A DNA stretch of 56,984 nt from Candidatus Omnitrophota bacterium (GTDB lineage Bacteria > Omnitrophota > Gorgyraeia > JAFGGP01). Both the position numbers and the translations under genes were made by a program. The notes beneath the pieces are model-generated. The model was given only the letters and a program-made list of their open reading frames with translations. It ran no database searches and was not told the DNA's origin. How positions within the stretch are numbered: position 1 is the stretch's first letter; each line of letters starts with the position of its first letter. Shown one piece after another: positions 21,434 to 30,103 of the stretch. Where the stretch lies: NCBI GenBank assembly GCA_016930485.1, contig JAFGGP010000051.1, positions 1 to 56,984 on the forward strand, in the 5' to 3' direction.

Positions 21434-23017
21434 TTAGATTTTAATTACCTTCAGACACTTGATATGCTGCGCCTTTCCCAACTCCTGCTGCGCCTCTTGG
21501 GAGACAGAGCCGTCGACGTTAAGTACGGTAATGGCCTCGCCGCCCGGGGTCTCTCTGCCGAACGTCATCCCGGCAATGTTAATCCCGTACTTTCCCAAGA
21601 TAGTCCCGATCTGCCCGACGATGCCCGGCTTATCGAGGTTTCGTATGACAATCATATACCCGGAAGGCACTACATCCACATAGTATCCGTCAATCTTTAC
21701 GATGCGCGGTTTCCTGTCGGCATAGAGGCTGCCCATGGCGTTCATTGTTTGTTTGCCGGCGGTCACCTCGACAAATATCATATTGGCAAATTCCTCTACT
21801 TCGTCCGTCTTTACCTCGATGACCTTGATGCCCCGTTCCTTTGCAATGACCGAGGCATTCACGTAATTAACCGTTTCCTGCAGGACCGGCAGCATCAGCC
21901 CTCTGAGCACCGCAATCGTCAGCGGCGACAGCTCATATGCGGTAACCTCTCCCTGATACTTTATCTTTACCTCTTTGATATCTGCGTCTATCAGCTGGCC
22001 CAGAAGACCACCCAGTTTCTCGGCAAGCTCAAAATACGGGCCGATCTTTTTCATGACCTCTCCGCTGACAGACGGGAAGTTAACGGCGTTCCGGATCCCC
22101 TTGTCCAAGAGCGCGTCGACCACCTGATACGCCACCTCAACCGCAACGGTATCCTGCGCCTCCTCGGTAGCAGCCCCCAGGTGAGGTGTCGTCACTACCT
22201 TGCTTGAGCGGATAATCGGGAGGTCTCCGGGTGGCTCTTTCTCGTAGACGTCGAATGCCGCGCCGGCAACCTTGCCTTCTTCGATCGCCGCAAGAAGCGC
22301 GGCTTCATCGACGATGCCGCCGCGGGCGCAATTGATAATTCGTACACCCTTCTTCATCTTCTTGAAGGCACTTTCGTTCAGAAGATGCTTTGTGTCATCG
22401 GTGAGCGGCGTGTGCACCGTAATAAAATCGGCCGTGGAAAGTACCTCATCCAGATCAGCCAGCTGGATATCGAGCTGCATCGCCCGTTCGGGAGAGAGAA
22501 ACGGGTCATAGGCGATAATCTTCATATCAAAGGCCCGGGCCCGCTTGGCAACCTCGGTACCGATCCTCCCTACCCCGATAATGCCCAGTGTCTTATTGTA
22601 AAGTTCTACGCCGCGGTAAGTCTTCCTGTCCCACTTACCTTCTCTAAGTGAGGCATCTGCCTGGGGGATGTTGCGGGCACAGGCGAGAATCAAGCTCATC
22701 GTGTGTTCGGCCGTCGCTATCGTATTGCCGCCCGGCGTATTCATAACGATGATGCCTTTTTTTGAAGCCGCCTCGACGTCAACGTTGTCAATCCCGACCC
22801 CCGCCCTGCCGATAACCTTCAACTTGTCCGCCGCCTCTATAATGTCTCTGGTTACCTTTGTGCCGCTCCGGATAATCAGGGCATCGTAATCTTTGATAGC
22901 GGCGCGCAATTCGTCCGGGGTAAGCTTCGTATTGACATCGACGCTGAAATCGGACTGGGATTTAAAAATCCCCAATCCCTTTTCAGAAAGATTGTCGCTG
23001 ACCAGAATTTTTAACAT
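21434..23017 (-). CDS. serA: D-3-phosphoglycerate dehydrogenase (long form with ACT domain)
   Basis: GRAGVGIDNVD, GVGRIG, INCARGG, TPHLGAAT, C-terminal DKPGIVG ACT; start refined to ATG 23017. Confidence 0.95.
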   Translation of the reverse strand: MLKILVSDNLSEKGLGIFKSQSDFSVDVNTKLTPDELRAAIKDYDALIIRSGTKVTRDIIEAADKLKVIGRAGVGIDNVDVEAASKKGIIVMNTPGGNTIATAEHTMSLILACARNIPQADASLREGKWDRKTYRGVELYNKTLGIIGVGRIGTEVAKRARAFDMKIIAYDPFLSPERAMQLDIQLADLDEVLSTADFITVHTPLTDDTKHLLNESAFKKMKKGVRIINCARGGIVDEAALLAAIEEGKVAGAAFDVYEKEPPGDLPIIRSSKVVTTPHLGAATEEAQDTVAVEVAYQVVDALLDKGIRNAVNFPSVSGEVMKKIGPYFELAEKLGGLLGQLIDADIKEVKIKYQGEVTAYELSPLTIAVLRGLMLPVLQETVNYVNASVIAKERGIKVIEVKTDEVEEFANMIFVEVTAGKQTMNAMGSLYADRKPRIVKIDGYYVDVVPSGYMIVIRNLDKPGIVGQIGTILGKYGINIAGMTFGRETPGGEAITVLNVDGSVSQEAQQELGKAQHIKCLKVIKI

Positions 23018-23054
23018 AACTCTCACCCCTCCTTCGTAGTATACGCCTTTCTGT

Positions 23055-24197
23055 TTATCTTTGGGCACACCCCATAATTTCTTCGGCAACCCGGACGGTC
23101 TCGCCCTTCTTGAAAGAATACCCCAGTGACGAGAGCACATCCTCGAACTCGGGCAGGAGTGCCAGTATGTCTTCCTGGTCGATAAAACCCATATGGGCTA
23201 TCCTGAATATCTTTCCCTTAAGATCTCCCTGTCCTCCCGCAATGCTCATTCCGCGCTCGGTTCTGAGTTTTTTGGTAAGCTGGCCCGTGTCTACGCCCTC
23301 AGGCCCCCGTACTGCGGTAACGCCGTTCGATGGACTGGCGGCAAAGATATCCAGACCAATGGCCTTCATAGCCTCACGCACCGCCCGCGCCTGAAGTGCA
23401 TGTTTCTTAACGAGATTTTCCACACCCTCGGCAAGAATCATATCAAGGGCCGCCTTAAGCGCAAACATAAGGGAGACGCTGGGCGTATAGGGAAAATCGT
23501 CCTTGGCGTAAGATTTGCGGTAGAGGAGCCAGTCAAAGTAATACCGTGGCGCGGTGGCATTCTCGGCAACCTTCCACGCGCGTTCACTAACGCTGACAAA
23601 TCCAAGGCCCGGCGGCATCATAAAACCCTTCTGGCTTCCTGAGACAACCACGTCAACACCCCATTCATCCGTCAACAGTTTATCCGAAAGAAGACCGCTG
23701 ACCGCATCGACAACCAGAATGGCATCGTACTTCCGGGCAAGTCCGGCCAGGTTCCGAACGTCATTGACAACGCCGGTCGAGGTTTCACAGAGGGTCGCGT
23801 AGATAACCTTGATCTGAGGGTCCTTCTTTAGCAGTTGTTCTACGTCTGCGACGTCCACGCCCTTACCCCACTCGACCTCCAGGAGAACCGCATCAAAACC
23901 GTACGCTGCGCAGAGCTCTCCCCACCGCTCACCGAACTTGCCGCCGTTAATAACCAACGCCTTTGTCCCCGGCACCTTGAGATTGCTCACGGCAGACTCC
24001 ATGGCACCGGTGCCGCTTGAGGCGAAAATCAAGACGGGATTCTCCGTCAAAAACGCCTTTTTCATCTTCTGATTTACTTCCTTGGCAATCGCGGTAAACT
24101 CGCTGGTCCGATGGTGAATAATCGGCTGGGCCATATCATCCAGCACCGTCTTCGGTACCGGCGTGGGCCCCGGTGTCATCAAATAACCCTTTTTCAT
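23055..24197 (-). CDS. Class V PLP aminotransferase (serine-pyruvate/alanine-glyoxylate type; probable phosphoserine aminotransferase role)
   Basis: MTPGPTPVP, SSGTGAME, ETSTGV, VDAVS, GSQKG; role inferred from adjacency to serA. Confidence 0.85.
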   Translation of the reverse strand: MKKGYLMTPGPTPVPKTVLDDMAQPIIHHRTSEFTAIAKEVNQKMKKAFLTENPVLIFASSGTGAMESAVSNLKVPGTKALVINGGKFGERWGELCAAYGFDAVLLEVEWGKGVDVADVEQLLKKDPQIKVIYATLCETSTGVVNDVRNLAGLARKYDAILVVDAVSGLLSDKLLTDEWGVDVVVSGSQKGFMMPPGLGFVSVSERAWKVAENATAPRYYFDWLLYRKSYAKDDFPYTPSVSLMFALKAALDMILAEGVENLVKKHALQARAVREAMKAIGLDIFAASPSNGVTAVRGPEGVDTGQLTKKLRTERGMSIAGGQGDLKGKIFRIAHMGFIDQEDILALLPEFEDVLSSLGYSFKKGETVRVAEEIMGCAQR

Positions 24198-24215
24198 ACC
24201 AATGCCTCCTCGCGG

Positions 24216-24812
24216 TTACTGACTCTCTTTTTTCGTGACAATCACCTCATCAACAAGACCGTATTCCTTCGCCTCATCGGCCGACATGAAATAATCCCTG
24301 TCGGTATCGGCCTCGATCTTCTCCAGTGGTTTATCGGTATGCTTGGCGAGAATCTGATTTATCTTTTCCTTGAGGCGGAGAATCTCGTTTGCCTGAATCC
24401 TGATATCGCTTGCCTGCCCCTGTACCCCTCCCCAGGGCTGGTGAATCATGATGCGGGAATGCGGCAATGCATAGCGCTTGCCCTTCGTGCCGGCGGCGAG
24501 GAGCATCGCCCCCATACTGGCCGCCTGACCGACACAGTAGGTGGCCACGGCGGGTTTTAAAAACTGCATGGTATCGTAAATGGCGAGCCCGCTCGTTACC
24601 GATCCCCCGGGAGAATTGATGTAGACCGAGATCTCCTTCGAAGGGTCTTCCATCTGGAGAAAGAGCATCTGGGCTATGATTAAGTTTGCAACGATGTCAT
24701 CGACGGCCGTTCCGATAAAGACAATCCGGTCCTTGAGCAGGCGGGAATAAATATCATACGCCCGCTCTCCCCGTGCCGTCTGCTCGACCACAATCGGTAC
24801 TAACATAGACAT
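24216..24812 (-). CDS. clpP: ATP-dependent Clp protease proteolytic subunit
   Basis: [39 protein letters not shown]. Confidence 0.98.
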   Translation of the reverse strand: MSMLVPIVVEQTARGERAYDIYSRLLKDRIVFIGTAVDDIVANLIIAQMLFLQMEDPSKEISVYINSPGGSVTSGLAIYDTMQFLKPAVATYCVGQAASMGAMLLAAGTKGKRYALPHSRIMIHQPWGGVQGQASDIRIQANEILRLKEKINQILAKHTDKPLEKIEADTDRDYFMSADEAKEYGLVDEVIVTKKESQ

Positions 24813-24893
24813 GATGTGCCTCCTTTTTGGGCTTTCAGCCTTCGGCTCTCAGCAAATAAAAAGTAATGATATGTAGCATTATTACTACGGGTG

Positions 24894-25799
24894 TCAGGTG
24901 ACCTGTGACGTATGTCCTGCAATTTTCTCCATGAGAAAATCCATCACCTTCTCTATCTCAATGTGCTCATCCTGGGAAATCTTTTCAAGGATAAAGGAGA
25001 CGCGGATCTGCCGTTCGGCAATTTCTCGCAGTTTTTCATCCAGCTTCTCCTGGCTGTCCCCCTGGACGCCGCCAAACATTCGCGAGAGCTCCTGGAGACG
25101 GCGGACAACCATAGACTCGGGCACCTCAAAACTTGCCATATCAAGGAGCGCGTCGATAACGGCCTCCTCCCTGAGAGACTTATACTGCTGTTCTTTTCTC
25201 TGCTTAAGCGAACCTGCGATTCCTTCTTTCAGTTTCGCAAGGCCATCAAACCCCAGGTCCTTTGCAAACGCATCGTCTATCTCAGGCAATACCTCTTTTT
25301 TTTCGGCATCCGGCGCCTGCCCATCGCCGGCGGGAACAAGCCGTGCGTTTTGCCTCTGAAGCTGCCTGAGCACCTCATCCACGTCTTTTTCTTCGATCTC
25401 CCCGGGCCTCTCTGGAAGTTTCGGCTTAAGTTGTTTAATCGGCTTCATCCTGACCTCGGGCCGGATATCAACTGCCGCCTTAAATGAAACTTTTTCCGGC
25501 CTCTCAAAATGCACGTCAGTGATATCGGGAAAACTCACCGGATCCAGCACGAGCTCCCGTATCGCATCCTGATAGGCGCTGCTGATGAGGACCTTGAGCA
25601 TTTCTTCCTCGAGCTCAGCCTGGTAATGGCGTACCACCGCATCCAGCGGTGCCTTCCCCCGCCTGTACCCGGGCACACTCACCTTTTTGCGCAGCTCTTT
25701 ATAGGCACCGCTCCGGGCATCGTCAAACCTCTGACCGGAAGACACTTCTATCTCGAGGACCCTTCGACACCCGTTCTTCTTCACAACCTTACTCTTCAT
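24894..25799 (-). CDS. tig: Trigger factor, shortened (no PPIase domain)
   Basis: Ribosome-binding signature VPGYRRGKAP, LPEIDDAFAKDLG; upstream of clpP; about 300 aa. Confidence 0.88.
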   Translation of the reverse strand: MKSKVVKKNGCRRVLEIEVSSGQRFDDARSGAYKELRKKVSVPGYRRGKAPLDAVVRHYQAELEEEMLKVLISSAYQDAIRELVLDPVSFPDITDVHFERPEKVSFKAAVDIRPEVRMKPIKQLKPKLPERPGEIEEKDVDEVLRQLQRQNARLVPAGDGQAPDAEKKEVLPEIDDAFAKDLGFDGLAKLKEGIAGSLKQRKEQQYKSLREEAVIDALLDMASFEVPESMVVRRLQELSRMFGGVQGDSQEKLDEKLREIAERQIRVSFILEKISQDEHIEIEKVMDFLMEKIAGHTSQVT

Positions 25800-26121
25800 C
25801 AGGTTCAAACCCCTCTGTTTTCTCTTTATGCCGTTTAGACCTCACCTTATCTTTATGCCGCCGCAGAATTTTACTAATCCTGTCAACGGCACCGTCTATC
25901 GCCGCATACATATCCTCAGACTCCTCTTTGATCACCACATCAAACCGTCTGGAATGCAGATTGATCTCGACGATGTGACGGTATTTCTTTTCAACCGTTA
26001 TCGTAATGTGTATTTCGGTAATCCTCGGTTCATACTTACTCAACTTCTCCAGTCTTTTTTGAATGTAATTCCGGATAGCGTCGGTAAGATCGATGTGCCG
26101 TGCGGTAATAGTAAAGACCAT
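25789..26121 (-). CDS. hpf: Ribosome hibernation factor HPF/RaiA (short form)
   Basis: ITARHIDLTDAIRNY, DMYAAID, LRRHKDK. Confidence 0.92.
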   Translation of the reverse strand: MVFTITARHIDLTDAIRNYIQKRLEKLSKYEPRITEIHITITVEKKYRHIVEINLHSRRFDVVIKEESEDMYAAIDGAVDRISKILRRHKDKVRSKRHKEKTEGFEPDEE

Positions 26122-26177
26122 ACTCTCCGTTCTCCTTCATAAAAACAGTTAATGGACGTAGTGTATTAGGACTAGAA

Positions 26178-26206
26178 ATTATACTGAAAATATAGCAGAA
26201 AGGCAA
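26178..26206 (-). promoter_or_regulatory. Sigma70-type promoter upstream of hpf
   Basis: TTGCCT-N17-TATAAT on the minus strand. Confidence 0.65.
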
Positions 26207-26251
26207 TTTTTTATTTATCGCCCTATTTACGGTCGATGCATTCGGGGCCGA

Positions 26252-26986
26252 TTACATGCTGAACTTCTCGCCGAGATAAATCTCACGTGCCTTTGGATCG
26301 GCAATCAGATCGGAAGAAGTCCCGCTGATGAGAATTTTCCCCTCGCACATCAGATAGGCCCTGTCGGTAATTGCCAGGGTCTCGCGGACGTTGTGGTCGG
26401 TCAACAAAATGCCGATGCCCTTGCTCTTCAGTTCGATAATAAGTTTCTGGGCATCTCCCACGGCAATCGGATCAATCCCGCTGAAGGGTTCGTCCAACAG
26501 GATAAACAGCGGATTTGTGACAAGTGCGCGGGTTATCTCAAGCCGTCTGCGCTCCCCCCCGGAAAGGGTATAGGCCTTGCTCTTTGCGAGACGGGCTATC
26601 CCCAGTTCATTCAGCAGTACATCAAGCCGCTGCCTCATCTGGCTGCGCGGCATAGACAGTGTTTCCAGGATAGCCATGATGTTCTCTTCAACGGTCAGCT
26701 TTCTGAAAACCGAGCTTTCTTGCGGAAGATATCCCACACCATTCCTGGCCCGTTCATGCATGGGTAACCGCGTAATATCCTTATTGTCGAAGAAAATCCT
26801 TCCTTTATCAGGCCTGATAATCCCGACGATCATATAAAATGTCGTCGTCTTCCCGGCGCCGTTCGGCCCTAGGAGCCCGACAATCTCTCCCCGCCCAACC
26901 GAAAGATTCACCTCATTAACCACCTTCCTGGAGCGATAACTTTTTACAAGCGACTCTGTCATAAGGAGATGGTTTTCTGGTGTCAT
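26252..26986 (-). CDS. lptB: LPS export ABC transporter ATPase
   Basis: [39 protein letters not shown]. Confidence 0.96.
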   Translation of the reverse strand: MTPENHLLMTESLVKSYRSRKVVNEVNLSVGRGEIVGLLGPNGAGKTTTFYMIVGIIRPDKGRIFFDNKDITRLPMHERARNGVGYLPQESSVFRKLTVEENIMAILETLSMPRSQMRQRLDVLLNELGIARLAKSKAYTLSGGERRRLEITRALVTNPLFILLDEPFSGIDPIAVGDAQKLIIELKSKGIGILLTDHNVRETLAITDRAYLMCEGKILISGTSSDLIADPKAREIYLGEKFSM

Positions 26987-27798
26987 TACTGGGCCTCCGC
27001 CTTCGGGGTCTGCTGAGTCATAGAAGAAATGATAAGCCTCGGTTTCTCGGTAATCAGGATTTTATTCTCACGGGGGAAGTAATCGACGCGCTCGCTATAG
27101 GCCTTGTTCTTCCCCTGCTTGATCGTAACCGCACCGGTCGCAACAAACTTGGCGATATCGTTCCCCGTCTCATCGAGGTACGCGACCATCCGGGAGGCGC
27201 TCAGCTCTTTATCGCCGTGGACAAGGATAACATCATTGTTGAAGGTAGCGGTATTATCTCCCTCATTGAAATGGGCCGGTCCTGCACACACTATCGTCAA
27301 CGAGGAGGCTACCATTTGTATATGCGGCCTCTCCAAAAGCGTAATCTCTTTGAACCCCTTTTTCGCCAAGGCCCCCTCGGCCTCGGCAATGACATTTCCC
27401 TTTTTGAGCCGGACATACGCATCAGAGCTCAGGACCCCCTCTTTGGCATACCAGAACAGATGGTCCGTCGAGAGCGCCATTCCCCGGGAGGAATGGATTT
27501 CGATGTCCTTTTCAAGAAGGACATTCTCTGCCGGCATCTGAAGCGCCCCCCTTCTCGCGATCAGCGTCAGCTCCTGGTCCGGATATCTCCCTCTGGCCTC
27601 GACATCCGTAATCATGATGTCTTTGTCATTGACAAAGGCGGTTTTCCCTTCGATGACCCAGGTACCCTGAGACCCTTCAAGATCGGTCGAGGTAAACACA
27701 AAATGTTCGATTATCTGATCCGCATTCTCACTTGCCTGGCAGACAGGAGCAGCGATGAGAAAAATCACGGCCCATATTATGAGAAAGTTATATTTCAT
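26986..27798 (-). CDS. LptC-like plus LptA/OstA-like beta-jellyroll fusion protein
   Basis: N half resembles LptC (W-x-I-x-G, LSTDHLFW); C half resembles LptA ([20 protein letters not shown]); it alone fills the lptC-lptA slot before lptB. Confidence 0.75.
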   Translation of the reverse strand: MKYNFLIIWAVIFLIAAPVCQASENADQIIEHFVFTSTDLEGSQGTWVIEGKTAFVNDKDIMITDVEARGRYPDQELTLIARRGALQMPAENVLLEKDIEIHSSRGMALSTDHLFWYAKEGVLSSDAYVRLKKGNVIAEAEGALAKKGFKEITLLERPHIQMVASSLTIVCAGPAHFNEGDNTATFNNDVILVHGDKELSASRMVAYLDETGNDIAKFVATGAVTIKQGKNKAYSERVDYFPRENKILITEKPRLIISSMTQQTPKAEAQ

Positions 27799-27808
27799 CT
27801 TTAATCAC

Positions 27809-27912
27809 TGGATTCCGTATCGTAGTACGGAGTGACATGGAAGTTTTTATTTTTGAATTTTGATTTGGCATTTTGATATTTGCATTTACTTGTTACTTGG
27901 TGTCCTGTGACG
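27809..27912. repeat. REP-like half palindrome plus heptamer-periodic array
   Basis: TGGA-TTCCGTA-TCGTAG-TACGGAG-TGACA (27809-27837), then TTTTGAA TTTTGAT TTGGCAT TTTGATA TTTGCAT units and ACTTGTT ACTTGGT...GTGAC. Confidence 0.65.
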
Positions 27913-28822
27913 TCAAAAAACGCCATCTCTCATGCATCCATATCCACTGGTCGGGATACTGCCGTATATATCTCTCAACGACACTCACCCAATGCTGGGT
28001 ATATCGCCTGAGCATCTCCACCCTATCACCGGTATCCTCTATACAGATCGGCTCTTCTATAGTAAAACGGTAACGCCCAGCCTCCAGCACCATAAAAACC
28101 GGGATGATCGGACTCTTGCTCAAAAGGGCCAGCTGAACCGGCCCAGTAACAACCTCTGTCTTCTGCCCCAGAAACACAACCGGCACTGTATCGACGTCCT
28201 TGATGTCTACATCCGGAAGCACGCCGACCAGTTTGTTTTCCCTGAGCGCCCGCAGCATCCGGCGCACGCCTTCATCCCGATAGATAAGGGTTGCGCCATG
28301 CGAGGTACGCAGTGTGTGCACAAAGCGGTCAAACCGTCCGTCGCGTAACCGGCGGGCGACGGCATTTATAGGATAGCCTCTGACAGCAAGGTAGAGTAAC
28401 GCCAGCTCCCAGTTGCCAAAGTGTCCTGTCAGTAGAAGCGCGCCGCGCCGCTTCTCCAAAACACGGTCAATCTTATCGAGTCCCTCTGAGGTAACAAGTC
28501 CTGCTACTGCCTCGCGAGAAAACGACGGGACCTTCAAAATGACCGCGGCATTTCTCCCCAGATTCCGGAAAACACCGCGCGCCAGAAGTCGCCTTTCCCT
28601 CTCAGAGTGGATATCCGTCAATACCTCACGGATATTGCTGAGTGCCCGGTCCCTTTCCCTGCGTACCACAGCAAATGCCATGCTGCCTAACGCAGCGCCT
28701 AAAGAAATGGCCGCCGATAAAGGAAGCGCCCGGCAGACAAAAAAACATATTTTGAGGACGAGGTAGATTAAAAAATTCCGTACCGGCCGGATAACTTTTT
28801 TTCTAAGCGTTGTATACCGCAA
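27893..28822 (-). CDS. lpxL: Lipid A biosynthesis acyltransferase (LpxL/HtrB family)
   Basis: LTGHFGNWE, VGVLPD, YPDQWIWMHERW; sits in the kds-lpt locus. Confidence 0.88.
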   Translation of the reverse strand: MRYTTLRKKVIRPVRNFLIYLVLKICFFVCRALPLSAAISLGAALGSMAFAVVRRERDRALSNIREVLTDIHSERERRLLARGVFRNLGRNAAVILKVPSFSREAVAGLVTSEGLDKIDRVLEKRRGALLLTGHFGNWELALLYLAVRGYPINAVARRLRDGRFDRFVHTLRTSHGATLIYRDEGVRRMLRALRENKLVGVLPDVDIKDVDTVPVVFLGQKTEVVTGPVQLALLSKSPIIPVFMVLEAGRYRFTIEEPICIEDTGDRVEMLRRYTQHWVSVVERYIRQYPDQWIWMHERWRFLTSQDTK

Positions 28823-29339
28823 GAATCTGATCCCACTTCCCCTGAGATTTGAGTATCAGCTCGACCGTCTCCCTGACCGCCCCCCGGCCGCCGCGCCGGG
28901 CGGTAACGTAGTGCGCCGCCTGCTTCACTTCGCTGGCGGCATTCTCCACCGCCACCGCCAGTCCCGCTCTCTTCATGGGACCGAGATCAACCAGGTCGTC
29001 ACCGATAAAGCATATCTCTTTATCGGTGAGGCGAAGACGCCGCATAATCCTCTGATACGCCTTGAGCTTGTGGGGAAAGTTCTGGAAAAGGAGTTTGACC
29101 TGCATGTCCTTGGCGCGGCGGGTAATGGTCCGTGAGGCCCGCGCGCTGATAATCGCGGCGGCAAGCCCGGCCCGCTGGGCGAGCATCACGCCAAGGCCGT
29201 CGGCAACGTCAAAGAACTTCAGCTCATCGCCGTAGATGTCGTAGACGATCCTTCCGTCGGTCAGGACCCCGTCGACGTCCATAATCACTACCTTAATCTT
29301 TGCGGCCTTCTCTTTTACTTCGGCTAAATTGTTATCCAA
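28803..29339 (-). CDS. kdsC: KDO 8-phosphate phosphatase (HAD)
   Basis: MDVDGVLTDG, FIGDDLVD, GGRGAVRE; TTG start with AAGGAG RBS. Confidence 0.94.
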   Translation of the reverse strand: MDNNLAEVKEKAAKIKVVIMDVDGVLTDGRIVYDIYGDELKFFDVADGLGVMLAQRAGLAAAIISARASRTITRRAKDMQVKLLFQNFPHKLKAYQRIMRRLRLTDKEICFIGDDLVDLGPMKRAGLAVAVENAASEVKQAAHYVTARRGGRGAVRETVELILKSQGKWDQILAVYNA

Positions 29340-29416
29340 TGTAATCTCCTTTAAAAGTCACCAGGTCACCAGTCACATGTCACAAGTAAAAACCACAAAC
29401 CTAATCTTGAACCTTT

Positions 29417-29487
29417 TGTGTCATCCTCGGGCTTGACCCGGGGATCCATTCTTTTTTGTGGATTTCCGCTTCCGCGGGAATGACACA
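29417..29487. repeat. Composite REP-like palindrome (double hairpin)
   Basis: TGTGTCAT...ATGACACA 8-bp terminal IR enclosing CCTCGGG/CCCGGGG, ATCCA/TGGAT and TTCCGC/GCGGGA stems. Confidence 0.75.
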
Positions 29488-29493
29488 TTTATG

Positions 29494-29985
29494 TCATCCG
29501 CCGAGACCAAATTTCTGTATCGCTGTCCTTGAAACCAAACCCAAACAGAAACAAGCAAAATAAAAAAGCGCCTGCCCACTATCGTTGTGCCTAACATAAA
29601 ATCCCCAATAAATAAAATAGACTATGAGAAAAAGCATAACGGGAAAAAAGATAAGAGAACCTATAAGATTTGGTCGGTTAGGTTTTTTCTCAAAATAGGG
29701 ACCAGCTTTTGCCCCAGCATAACATACTGTTATTATGCTGTATCCGAAAATAGTATATGTATAAGAAATAAGAAACCGGGCAATAAGGGGCCGTAAACCA
29801 TAAAAAAATCCAACAAACATCAAAGACGCTGCAAAAACACCGAATATCAAAGAGGAAATATACATAATCGATTGCATATTTTTATCTGTCAGTTCTCCTT
29901 CGTCATCTTTTTTTACAATCCTAACAAATACAGGGTTGTTATCAGCACTCACAATTTTTACCGACTTGGATCTTTCTATCGTCAT
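29494..29985 (-). CDS. Hypothetical multi-pass membrane protein
   Basis: 163-aa ORF with about four hydrophobic segments, visibly AT-rich; no family recognised. Confidence 0.7.
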   Translation of the reverse strand: MTIERSKSVKIVSADNNPVFVRIVKKDDEGELTDKNMQSIMYISSLIFGVFAASLMFVGFFYGLRPLIARFLISYTYTIFGYSIITVCYAGAKAGPYFEKKPNRPNLIGSLIFFPVMLFLIVYFIYWGFYVRHNDSGQALFYFACFCLGLVSRTAIQKFGLGG

Positions 29986-30103
29986 CTCATCTTCTGCAGT
30001 TTTTTAATTTGGGATTTGGGTTTTGGAATTTATTTGTCATTTGGATTTTGTCATTTGTCATTATATGCACCGGTGACCTGGTGACTTTGTGACTCGCTGC
30101 ACG

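Larger units (their letters stand above)
29354..30088. mobile_element. Inverted-repeat-bounded single-gene cassette in the kdsD-kdsC junction
   Basis: Perfect 17-bp IR AAAGTCACCAGGTCACC (29354-29370) / GGTGACCTGGTGACTTT (30072-30088); AT-rich interior; no transposase encoded, so mobility is inferred. Confidence 0.6.

Noticed and set aside
21302-22207. Long plus-strand ORFs (also 4370-4990, 26980-27804, 11167-11667 and others)
   Set aside because: All are antisense shadows of well-supported minus-strand genes and lack family motifs.
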